From: Eubacteriales bacterium
GTDB taxonomy: Bacteria > Bacillota > Clostridia > Oscillospirales > CAG-382
Assembly: GCA_045598975.1 (NCBI GenBank)
Contig: JAZRVE010000062.1
Coordinates: 18,815 to 82,814, forward strand
DNA length: 64,000 bases
Direction of reading: 5' to 3'
Position numbers and translations under genes: made by a program. Under the pieces are notes generated by a model that searched no databases, was not told the DNA's origin, and worked only from the letters and a program-made list of their open reading frames with translations. Positions 56,346 to 63,918 of this stretch are shown piece after piece (the stretch's first letter is position 1; every line of letters starts with the position of its first letter).

Positions 56346-57209
56346 ATGTTTTCTGACAAAACGGTGGAGTCAAACCGCATTTTATATACACCGTCCGTGT
56401 TTGCCAAAAAAGCACTGTTTTATTTGCAGGAAACGGGAACACTGACGGCAACAAAACCGCATAAAAGCCAACATAAAAGCCTGCTTTCCTACTTGTTTTT
56501 TGTTGTGAAAGACGGCAGGGGTACTTTGGAATACGAGGGGAGAGCCTATCCTTTGAAGACCGGAGACTGTGTTTTCATCAACTGCGAAAACGAGTATGCA
56601 CATATTACCGATAAACAGGAACTGTGGACTCTTAAATGGGTACACTGCTATGGCGATACACTTCCCGCCGTCTACGAAAAATACGAGGAACGCGGGGGAC
56701 AGCCGGTGTTTCATCCGGGTAAGTTATCGGAATATATTGACCTGCTTGACCGACTGTTTGCAATCGCATCGTCCGAAGACCACTTGCGGGATATGCGTAT
56801 CAACGAAACGATCTGTATGCTCCTCACAAAGGTCATGGAAATGAGCTGGGATTCGACAAAACAACCCGATAAAAAAATCGGTGCGGCACACGAATATTCT
56901 TTGCAGAACGTCAGGGATTATCTGGATGAAAACTATTCCGCCAAAATCACGCTTGATGATCTTGCCAAAAAATTTTATGTCAATAAATATTACCTTACCC
57001 GCATTTTCAAAGAACAATACGGAATTACGGTCATAAACTATATCATCAATCTGCGGATAACCGATGCCAAGCGGAAACTGAGATTTTCGGATATGTCAAT
57101 AGAGACGATAGGCTTTGAATGTGGCTTTGATGATGCCAATTACTTTGCACGGACTTTCAAGAATCAGGAAGGTATGTCACCCGGAGAATTCAGACGAAAA
57201 TGGAAGTGA
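56346..57209 (+). CDS. AraC-family transcriptional regulator (cupin sensor plus HTH), divergent from the GDP-fucose operon
   Basis: C-terminal 'LDDLAKKFYVNKYYLTRIFKEQYGITVINYIINLRITDAKRKL...CGFDDANYFARTFKNQEGMSPGEFR'. The ATG at 56346 follows 'aaaggag'. Confidence 0.85.
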   Translation: MFSDKTVESNRILYTPSVFAKKALFYLQETGTLTATKPHKSQHKSLLSYLFFVVKDGRGTLEYEGRAYPLKTGDCVFINCENEYAHITDKQELWTLKWVHCYGDTLPAVYEKYEERGGQPVFHPGKLSEYIDLLDRLFAIASSEDHLRDMRINETICMLLTKVMEMSWDSTKQPDKKIGAAHEYSLQNVRDYLDENYSAKITLDDLAKKFYVNKYYLTRIFKEQYGITVINYIINLRITDAKRKLRFSDMSIETIGFECGFDDANYFARTFKNQEGMSPGEFRRKWK

Positions 57210-57225
57210 TGAGGCATTTTCGGGC

Positions 57226-57263
57226 AAAAAAAGAAACGCGCAGATGAATCATCACCTGCGCGT
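57226..57263 (-). terminator. Rho-independent terminator downstream of tRNA-Pro
   Basis: 'acgcgcag' (57236-57243) pairs with 'ctgcgcgt' (57256-57263). On the minus strand the hairpin is followed by 'tttcttttttt'. Confidence 0.75.
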
Positions 57264-57286
57264 ATTGACAGCGGGGGGCGCCCCGT

Positions 57287-57362
57287 TGGTCGGAGTGGCG
57301 AGACTCGAACTCGCGGCGTCCTGGTCCCAAACCAGGTGCCCTACCAACTGGGCCACACCCCG
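57287..57362 (-). tRNA. tRNA-Pro (anticodon UGG), CCA encoded
   Basis: The reverse complement folds as a cloverleaf: acceptor CGGGGTG/CACTCCG, D-arm GCCC-AGTTGGTA-GGGC, anticodon arm CCTGG-TTTGGGA-CCAGG (anticodon TGG), variable loop ACGCC, T-arm GCGAG-TTCGAGT-CTCGC, then A-CCA. Total 76 nt. Confidence 0.93.
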
Positions 57363-57382
57363 AAAGTATTATCTGTCAGAGA

Positions 57383-57415
57383 ATCAGCCGTCCCGTCAAA
57401 TGAGGGACGGCTGAT
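57383..57415 (-). terminator. Strong hairpin between the acidic-tail protein gene and tRNA-Pro (terminator-like, weak U-tract)
   Basis: 'atcagccgtccc' (57383-57394) pairs perfectly with 'gggacggctgat' (57404-57415). The downstream U-tract on the minus strand is poor ('ttctct'). Confidence 0.5.
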
Positions 57416-57429
57416 GTCGTAAAATGCGA

Positions 57430-58314
57430 TTATTCCTGAACTTCGCCGACTTCTTCCGCACTTGCTTCTTCTGCCGGCTCTTCGGTTTCTTCGGAGACCT
57501 CCGGTTCTTCGGATTCCTCGGTTTCTTCCGTTTCTTCGACTTCGGTCTCTTCGCCTTCATCGGCTTCGGCGGCTTCTTCCTGCTCGGCAAGATATTCCGT
57601 CAGCGTCTGCTCAACGGGAACGAAGGTGTAGTTGCCTTCTTCGTCCGGCTCGATGGTGTAGTAGGAGTTGACGATGACCTTGTCCTGCAGGTAGAGCAGA
57701 GGAGACCAGTCGGTGACGGCACCGTTTTCCATGATGGTGATCTTGTCGACCTTTTCCGCGTCAAGTCCGGTAAAGCCCTCGACTTCGGTAATGCCCGACT
57801 GATAAATGTTTGCCGTGACGAGATCCTTCATGCCGGCAAATACGGACGAATCGGTGACTTTCACGCCGGAAAGCTCGATCATTTCAAGACCGGTGAAGTA
57901 GCGAATGTCGTCCAGAACGTCTTTTTCCGTTCCCTTGAAGTAGGTGTCCTTGATGAAAGCGGAGAATTCCATATCGTCGGTGTTTTCGCCGGCTTCCGTT
58001 TTGGCGTTGTAATCTTCGTACATATCAATAAAATCGCTTCCGCCGGTCAAAAGGGAGTACTGCTTGCCGTCGGCGTCATACATGACGGAGAGATACTTGA
58101 CGGAAGCAAGGTCTTCCTGCTTTACGAAAGCGGGAGCTTTGCCGATGTTTTGGGAAAGAGCAGCGGCAAATTTCTGGTTGTCAAAGAGGGATGATTTTGC
58201 GGAAAGTCCGCAAAACAGCACGTAGGCGATGGCAGCGGCGACCAAGACGATCGCGATCAGCATCACGATAAAGGATTTTTTCTGTTTCTTCTGTGTTCCG
58301 GTTAATGTAGCCAT
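57430..58314 (-). CDS. N-terminally membrane-anchored protein with LRR-like central region and poly-acidic C-terminal tail
   Basis: TM 'FIVMLIAIVLVAAAIAYVLFCGL'. The LRR-like segment is 'FTGLEMIELSGVKVTDSSVFAGMKDLVTANIYQSGITEVEGFTGL'. The tail reads 'EQEEAAEADEGEETEVEETEETEESEEPEVSEETEEPAEEASAEE'. The ATG at 58314 lies 5 nt after 'ggagg'; the track's TTG at 58326 overlaps that RBS. Confidence 0.6.
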   Translation of the reverse strand: MATLTGTQKKQKKSFIVMLIAIVLVAAAIAYVLFCGLSAKSSLFDNQKFAAALSQNIGKAPAFVKQEDLASVKYLSVMYDADGKQYSLLTGGSDFIDMYEDYNAKTEAGENTDDMEFSAFIKDTYFKGTEKDVLDDIRYFTGLEMIELSGVKVTDSSVFAGMKDLVTANIYQSGITEVEGFTGLDAEKVDKITIMENGAVTDWSPLLYLQDKVIVNSYYTIEPDEEGNYTFVPVEQTLTEYLAEQEEAAEADEGEETEVEETEETEESEEPEVSEETEEPAEEASAEEVGEVQE

Positions 58315-58474
58315 GATGTCCTCCAAAAAATGAAAATTTCATGCTCTTCGCATAATAAGCGATTCTATTATAACACTCTTTTCCGAAAAATACAACTGTT
58401 TTTTTAGATTTTTGCGGGAATGTTTGTGTAAAAAATGAAAATCTCAAAAAAATAAAATTTTTTTCAAAAAACTA

Positions 58475-58503
58475 TGTACAAAAGCGAAAAGGTGTGATAT
58501 AAT
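58475..58503 (+). promoter_or_regulatory. Candidate promoter (extended -10) for the STAS / cNMP-binding genes
   Basis: TGTACA (58475-58480), 17 nt, TGaTATAAT (TATAAT at 58498-58503), in an extremely AT-rich spacer. Confidence 0.5.
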
Positions 58504-58542
58504 TTCCTTAATCATAAATATACGCTTGGAGGTATATCATAA

Positions 58543-58839
58543 ATGACGATCAATAAGACTCTCAACGGCTCTGCATTATTGCTTACTCTTGCAGGACGGA
58601 TCGACACAACGACTGCACCGCAGCTCGAAGAAGAACTCAATGCTTCTTACAGCGGCGTGAGTGATCTTGTGTTCGATTTTACGGACATTGAATACATATC
58701 TTCCGCCGGACTGCGTGTTCTGCTCGCGGCTCAGAAGGTCATGAACAAGCAGGGAAGCATGAAGCTCGTCAACGTAAAAGAAGAAGTCAAAGAGGTATTC
58801 GAAATCACCGGTTTCAGCGATATTCTGACAATTGAATGA
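58543..58839 (+). CDS. STAS-domain protein (anti-sigma-factor antagonist, SpoIIAA/RsbV-like)
   Basis: 'LLLTLAGRIDTTTAPQLEEEL...DFTDIEYISSAGLRVLLAAQK...EVFEITGFSDIL' carries the conserved phosphorylatable Ser in 'ISSAGL'. Confidence 0.88.
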   Translation: MTINKTLNGSALLLTLAGRIDTTTAPQLEEELNASYSGVSDLVFDFTDIEYISSAGLRVLLAAQKVMNKQGSMKLVNVKEEVKEVFEITGFSDILTIE

Positions 58840-58856
58840 TCGACGGAGGGGTCGCA

Positions 58857-59378
58857 ATGGAATTAAAAGTATTTGAAAAAGACGAAGTCATATTCTATGA
58901 GGGCGAATATCAGTCCTGCATGTATGACATCCATTCGGGAAAAGTGGCGATCTACGCCAACTTCGGCAAGAAGAACGAGGTTCTGTTGACGGAGCTTGCG
59001 CCCGGAAAACTGTTCGGTGAAATGGGCATGGTGGAAGCCAAGGTCAGATCGGCAACGGCTGTCGCCGTCGAAAAGACGGAAGTGTACCAGATCAACAACG
59101 ATACGTTTTCCGATTATTTCCGTGACCAGCCGGAAAAAGTCATCGCCATCCTGCAAAACATGAGCGGCAGACTGCGCGAGCTGTCCGGAGAATATCTTGA
59201 CGCCTGCAAGACGATTTCCGAATACGTGGAAGCGGAAAAGAACAATAAGCCGAAAGAACAGAGTCTTTTGGATAAGATCAAGAAGATCATCGGGATCGCC
59301 GAGGAATTAGACGTAAAATACGCGGAGTATTATAATTCCGTCTATACCTATGACTCCATGCACGGTTTTTACTATTGA
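58857..59378 (+). CDS. Stand-alone cyclic-nucleotide-binding domain protein (no HTH)
   Basis: 'LFGEMGMVEAKVRSATAVAVEKTEVYQI' is the cNMP phosphate-binding cassette (FGE...RSA). The C-terminal ~70 aa are helical, with no recognisable DNA-binding domain. The ATG at 58857 follows 'ggagggg'. Confidence 0.8.
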   Translation: MELKVFEKDEVIFYEGEYQSCMYDIHSGKVAIYANFGKKNEVLLTELAPGKLFGEMGMVEAKVRSATAVAVEKTEVYQINNDTFSDYFRDQPEKVIAILQNMSGRLRELSGEYLDACKTISEYVEAEKNNKPKEQSLLDKIKKIIGIAEELDVKYAEYYNSVYTYDSMHGFYY

Positions 59379-59417
59379 CGTCTGCGCCATTACGGAAGAA
59401 ACGGAGAAGAAGCTACT

Positions 59418-59876
59418 ATGACGGAAACGATAAATATCAAAAAAGGCACGGTCATCTTTTGTCAGGATGTTTTTGAGGAATGGATGTATGACATCCGCGA
59501 CGGAAAAGTCGGCATTTATAACGATTACGGCTTGGAAAGCGAAAAACTGCTTGTCACGCTCGGTGAAGATACCTTCATCGGTGAAATGGGGCTGATCGAA
59601 AAGAAGCCGCGTTCGGCAACGGCGGTGGCATTGCAGGATTGCACGCTCATCAAAATCACGGCGGAAAGCTTTTCCGATTATCTCAGAGAGCGCCCCGGCA
59701 AGGTACTGACGATCATGCAGCATACCAGTTCCCGTATTCGTGAATTAACGGCGGATTATGTCAGCGCGAGTGCCGCGATCGCCGAATACGTCAAGAATCA
59801 GGAACTCGGCGAGCCACAGAGCGAGGAACTTTTGAAGCGTATGAGAAAAATAGCCGACGACAGCAAAAATCACTGA
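59418..59876 (+). CDS. Stand-alone cyclic-nucleotide-binding domain protein, paralog of 58857..59378
   Basis: 'FIGEMGLIEKKPRSATAVALQDCTLIKI'. It shares the post-domain helix with the neighbour: 'SSRIRELTADYVSASAAIAEYV' versus 'SGRLRELSGEYLDACKTISEYV'. Confidence 0.8.
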   Translation: MTETINIKKGTVIFCQDVFEEWMYDIRDGKVGIYNDYGLESEKLLVTLGEDTFIGEMGLIEKKPRSATAVALQDCTLIKITAESFSDYLRERPGKVLTIMQHTSSRIRELTADYVSASAAIAEYVKNQELGEPQSEELLKRMRKIADDSKNH

Positions 59877-60017
59877 AAAACGTGTTTGAAAAACTGTATT
59901 CGGCAAATGTGAGCGGAGCGGAATATACAGTATTCCACTCCGCCTCTTTTCAGGTGCTGACGGGGAAAGACACCGATACCTGCGGAAATTATTATACTAT
60001 TATATCGAGGGATGAGA

Positions 60018-61412
60018 ATGGAACATCAGGAATTTGTCAATGAAGGCATTATCCGTGATATGTCCGAAGGCATACTGTATATTGCCTTCAACGGGGAAAT
60101 ATGCTCGGTAAACCCTGCGGCACTTTCCATTCTGGAACGGGAGCGGGACGAACTGCTCGGTATGAGCTTCGCCCGGTGCTTTTTTGAATATGAAGAAAAC
60201 GACGCCTTCAATCAGATGGTGTTGGATGCCGTCTATGACCGCGAAAAAACGCATGAGGGATACGTTTCCTATTATACGGGAAAGGTCACCAAGCAGCTTC
60301 GCCTTACTACGTCGTTTTTGACGGAAAAAACGCAGAAGATCGGTATCATCGTCGTTATCAGCGACATCACCGAGCTTTCCGAACTGCGTGACGCCGTGAA
60401 AGCCATGGAAAGGATCCGCGCACTCAACAGCAAGCTCGAGCTTCGCAATAAGCTGTTGTCCGAGACCTTCGGTCGGTTCCTTTCTGATGAGATCGTCCGT
60501 CAGCTTCTTGAAACGCCGGACGGACTGACGCTCGGCGGAAAGAAGCACACTATCACCGTCATGATGAGCGATCTGCGCGGCTTTACGGCAATGAGCGAAC
60601 GCATGAATCCGCAGGACCTCATCACCATGCTCAATCATTATCTCGCGGAAATGACGGACGTCATCGAAGCGCATAACGGTACGATCATCGAGTTTCTCGG
60701 AGACGGTATTCTTGCCATATTCGGAGCCCCGGTATTCACGCAGACGCACGCCGGCGACGCCGTTCATACGGCCGTCGTCATGCAGAGCAGAATGGAAGCC
60801 GTCAACGAATGGAACAAACAGCAGGGATATCCGATTCTGGAAATGGGGATCGGCATCAATACCGGCGAGACCATTGTCGGCAACATCGGCTCCGAAAAAC
60901 GTACCAAGTACGGTGTCATCGGAAGCAACGTCAATCTCTGCGGCCGTATCGAAAGCTACACGGTCGGCGGTCAGGTGCTCATTTCGCCTACGACCGTCGC
61001 ACAGATCGAAGAATCCTCCGAGTCCTTGAACATCATCGCCAAGATGAGCGTTTTCCCGAAAGGGGTAGACCACTCGTTGGAACTGTCGTCTGTCGCGGGT
61101 ATCGGAACGGACACCTGCCCGGTTTTCTCGGAAGAGCCGGAGCCGTTAAAAACGCCGGTCACCGTGCCGTTTTCCGTTGTGGAGGGCAAGCACGGCAACG
61201 ACCGGATGACGGACGGAACGGTGGTGGCGCTTTCGGAAAACACGGCTATTCTGCAAACAGAGCTTGCACTGAACGTGTACGATAATCTGCAATTCGATAT
61301 CGGGGCAAAGCTGTTTGCCAAGGTGCTCGAAAAGCGGGAGAACGGGTATTATCTTCGCTTTACCGCGAAACCGGTCTGCTTCGACGCATGGTTCGGTGAA
61401 AAAACGCATTAA
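60018..61412 (+). CDS. PAS-domain class III adenylate/guanylate cyclase with an extra ~130-aa C-terminal domain
   Basis: PAS-like 'GILYIAFNGEICSVNPAALSILERERDELLGMSF'. Cyclase motifs are 'TVMMSDLRGFT', 'EFLGDGILAIFGAP', 'GINTGETIVGNIGS' and 'YGVIGSNVNLCGRIES'. The ATG at 60018 has better RBS spacing than 60012. Confidence 0.85.
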   Translation: MEHQEFVNEGIIRDMSEGILYIAFNGEICSVNPAALSILERERDELLGMSFARCFFEYEENDAFNQMVLDAVYDREKTHEGYVSYYTGKVTKQLRLTTSFLTEKTQKIGIIVVISDITELSELRDAVKAMERIRALNSKLELRNKLLSETFGRFLSDEIVRQLLETPDGLTLGGKKHTITVMMSDLRGFTAMSERMNPQDLITMLNHYLAEMTDVIEAHNGTIIEFLGDGILAIFGAPVFTQTHAGDAVHTAVVMQSRMEAVNEWNKQQGYPILEMGIGINTGETIVGNIGSEKRTKYGVIGSNVNLCGRIESYTVGGQVLISPTTVAQIEESSESLNIIAKMSVFPKGVDHSLELSSVAGIGTDTCPVFSEEPEPLKTPVTVPFSVVEGKHGNDRMTDGTVVALSENTAILQTELALNVYDNLQFDIGAKLFAKVLEKRENGYYLRFTAKPVCFDAWFGEKTH

Positions 61413-61430
61413 GTAACAAAATCACATAAG

Positions 61431-61465
61431 AAAAACGCTGACGAACGAACATCAGCGTTTTTTGT
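61431..61465. terminator. Bidirectional terminator between the cyclase and the convergent brnQ
   Basis: 'aaaacgctga' (61432-61441) pairs with 'tcagcgtttt' (61452-61461), with T-runs and A-runs on both sides. Confidence 0.8.
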
Positions 61466-61476
61466 TTTGCGGTATA

Positions 61477-62859
61477 TTATTTTGTAAGGTTTTTGTTTTC
61501 CTTGCTTGCGAGGTGAACGACGACGCCGACGGTACAACCGATGATAGTGGGGAACAGCCATCCGAGCCCGATGTCGAAAAAGGGAAGATACATGTTGGCA
61601 AATTCCGTCATGGCGTCAAAAACGTGTGTATCCGTGACGCCTTTGCTCTGTAAGACATCAGCAAGGGACGTGCAGCAATTCAGTATGGCGGGCGGAATGG
61701 CGAACAGGATCGTCCAGACATAGACGGTGTGGCTCTGATCGTAATACTTGCCGAAAATCGCAAGAAAGATAAGAGAAATGGCAAGGGGATACAGGAGCAT
61801 CAACAGCGGGACGCAGAAATCGGTGATGATCGAGAGACCGGCGTTGGTGACAACAAAGGAAATAACGGCAAAGAGCACGATCCAGAAGGAATAGCCCGGT
61901 CCTTTCGGAAACATTCTGACAAAGGCTTCCGCACAGCAGGTCATAAGACCGATGGCTGTCTTGAAGCAGGCGAGAATCACAATGACGGTAATGAGGGGCA
62001 TTCCGAAATTGCCGAAATAGTGTTCGGAAATGGCACGCAGTGCCGAGATGCCGTCGGCACAGTCGGCACAGATGGGAGAGCTCTGGGATGTGATGAGTGC
62101 GATCAGAAAATATAAGACGCCCATCAACAGACAACTGATCACGCCGACACGCGTAGTGTTTTTGGCGATATTTTCTTCTTCTTCAATACCGTGTTTTTTC
62201 ACCATGTTGATCACAAGGATGCCGAATGCAAGTCCCGCAAGCGCATCAAGTGTGTTGTAGCCCTCCAAAAAGCCGGCGAAGAAAGCGGGACCGACATCCT
62301 TGTATGCTTCGGACGGATTGAGCGAGGAGATGCCGGTGATGGGTGTGATGAGCGCCGTGATGACCAAGACGAGAAGAAAAGCCAAAAAGAGGGGATTGAA
62401 TATCCGACCGATCGAAGTCAGCACGTGCTGCGGCTTTAAGGCAAAAATAAGCACGAAAACAAAAAACACAAAGGAAAATATGAGGAGGATAAGTCGGGAA
62501 TCCATCTGCGGGGGCAGACTTGAAACGCCGACAGAAAACGCGGTGCTTGCACAGCGGGGAAGGGCAAACAGCGGACCGATGGTCATGTACAGAAGCGTCG
62601 TGAACACCATACCGTAGATGCGTCCGACTTTTGACGAAAGCTCGTACACACCGCCCGTACGGCTGACGCTGAGTGCCATAACGGCAAGCAGCGGCAGTCC
62701 TACCGCCGTGATGAAGACTCCGATGAAGGCAACCCACATGTTGCATCCGGCATCTTTTCCGATGCCTGCCGGGAACATCAGGTTTCCGGCACCGAAAAAC
62801 ATACCGAAAAGCAGACTTGATATAAGGACGGTTTCTTTCACTGTCAAATTCTTCTTCAT
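61477..62859 (-). CDS. brnQ: Branched-chain amino acid:cation symporter (LIVCS family)
   Basis: 'LLFGMFFGAGNLMFPAGIGKDAG' is the BrnQ N-terminal signature. The protein is 460 aa with about 12 TM helices. Confidence 0.9.
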   Translation of the reverse strand: MKKNLTVKETVLISSLLFGMFFGAGNLMFPAGIGKDAGCNMWVAFIGVFITAVGLPLLAVMALSVSRTGGVYELSSKVGRIYGMVFTTLLYMTIGPLFALPRCASTAFSVGVSSLPPQMDSRLILLIFSFVFFVFVLIFALKPQHVLTSIGRIFNPLFLAFLLVLVITALITPITGISSLNPSEAYKDVGPAFFAGFLEGYNTLDALAGLAFGILVINMVKKHGIEEEENIAKNTTRVGVISCLLMGVLYFLIALITSQSSPICADCADGISALRAISEHYFGNFGMPLITVIVILACFKTAIGLMTCCAEAFVRMFPKGPGYSFWIVLFAVISFVVTNAGLSIITDFCVPLLMLLYPLAISLIFLAIFGKYYDQSHTVYVWTILFAIPPAILNCCTSLADVLQSKGVTDTHVFDAMTEFANMYLPFFDIGLGWLFPTIIGCTVGVVVHLASKENKNLTK

Positions 62860-62903
62860 TGTTCAAAGATTCCTTTCCGACAGTCATCTTAATTATTATG
62901 TTT

Positions 62904-62932
62904 ATTATACCACGCCATCGGATTTTTGTCAA
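62904..62932 (-). promoter_or_regulatory. Sigma-A promoter for brnQ
   Basis: On the minus strand: TTGACA (62932-62927), 17 nt, TGgTATAAT (TATAAT at 62909-62904). Confidence 0.7.
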
Positions 62933-62975
62933 CGGGCAGCGAACCGTTTTCGTATAAAGAAAAACGGGAAAAACA

Positions 62976-63004
62976 TTGACATTTGACACAGAAGGTGGTA
63001 TACT
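62976..63004 (+). promoter_or_regulatory. Sigma-A promoter for the PHP-domain gene
   Basis: TTGACA (62976-62981), 17 nt, TGgTATACT (62999-63004). It is back-to-back with the brnQ promoter. Confidence 0.65.
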
Positions 63005-63043
63005 GTTGAACAGTGAAAATGGAAGATATAAGGAGGAAGATAT

Positions 63044-63862
63044 ATGCGTTACATCATTGATTCGGATCTTCACATCCATTCACATCTTTCGTTGTGCTCG
63101 GAGGATCCGCTCCAAACGCCGGAGGCTATTCTGGAACACGCCAAAAACAACGGCTTGAAGTATATCTGTCTCACGGATCACTTCTGGGATGAACTTGCCG
63201 GCGAATGCTGTGAGGAATTCTACTGGCATCAGGGATTTGCCCATATTTCCGAGTGTAAGCCGCTCCCGCAGGCGGAGGGGATCACCTTTGCGTTCGGCTG
63301 TGAAACGGATTTTGACCACGATTTGCGTCTCGGCGTCAGCGAGGAACGGATGGACGAGTTTTCTTTCATCATTGTGCCGCTCAATCATTTCCATTTCCGC
63401 GGTTTTTCCATTTCTGCGGAGGATTATGACAGCCACGATCCTAAACGCGTTGCCGACTGCCTCATGTCGCGTTTTCACGGACTGCTTGATAAGAACCTGC
63501 CGTTTGAAAAAATCGGTATCGCGCATCTGACGGACTGCCTTACCATGTGGTACCGCAAGAACTTTGCCGACCATATCGATGTGTGCAATGCCATTTCCGA
63601 CAAGCAGTGGCATGATGCCTTTACGCGTGCGGCGGAAAAGGGCGTCGGGATAGAACTCAACTTTGTTGCCGCCAAGTATTCGCCGGAACAACTGCCCGAC
63701 ATCCTGCGGGTGTACCGCATTGCCAAGGAATGCGGCTGTAAGTTTTATTTCGGCAGTGACGCTCACACGCGTGTGGGACACGCCGCATCCATCCCGCATT
63801 TCAACGCCATCGTCGATCTGCTTGATTTGAAGGAAAGTGACAAATTCTTGCCGGCTCTGTAA
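63044..63862 (+). CDS. PHP-domain metal-dependent phosphoesterase (histidinol-phosphatase-like)
   Basis: 'DLHIHSHLSLCS...LKYICLTDH' is the N-terminal PHP His motif, with a later 'GSDAH'. Confidence 0.65.
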   Translation: MRYIIDSDLHIHSHLSLCSEDPLQTPEAILEHAKNNGLKYICLTDHFWDELAGECCEEFYWHQGFAHISECKPLPQAEGITFAFGCETDFDHDLRLGVSEERMDEFSFIIVPLNHFHFRGFSISAEDYDSHDPKRVADCLMSRFHGLLDKNLPFEKIGIAHLTDCLTMWYRKNFADHIDVCNAISDKQWHDAFTRAAEKGVGIELNFVAAKYSPEQLPDILRVYRIAKECGCKFYFGSDAHTRVGHAASIPHFNAIVDLLDLKESDKFLPAL

Positions 63863-63874
63863 GATACATAATAT

Positions 63875-63901
63875 AAAAGCACCCCGACGGGGTGCTTTTT
63901 T
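63875..63901. terminator. Rho-independent terminator after the PHP gene
   Basis: 'aaaagcacccc-gac-ggggtgctttttt'. Confidence 0.8.
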
Positions 63902-63918
63902 GTGCGTGTGCTTTACAT

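Noticed and set aside
57287-57362. tRNA-Pro as the attachment site of a genomic island containing the polysaccharide and fucose loci.
   Set aside because: The window has no integrase, recombinase or transposase. I could not find a convincing direct repeat of the tRNA 3' end near 24.7-25.2 kb; 'gcagtcggtgacgaaac' at ~24861 shares only a few bases. The GC shift fits cassette exchange within a capsule locus better.
57433-57600. An apparent DNA repeat of 'cttc/ttcgg' units.
   Set aside because: It is simply the reverse complement of GAA/GAG-rich codons encoding the poly-Glu tail. The units are imperfect and keep the reading frame. It is not a CRISPR array or a structured tandem repeat.
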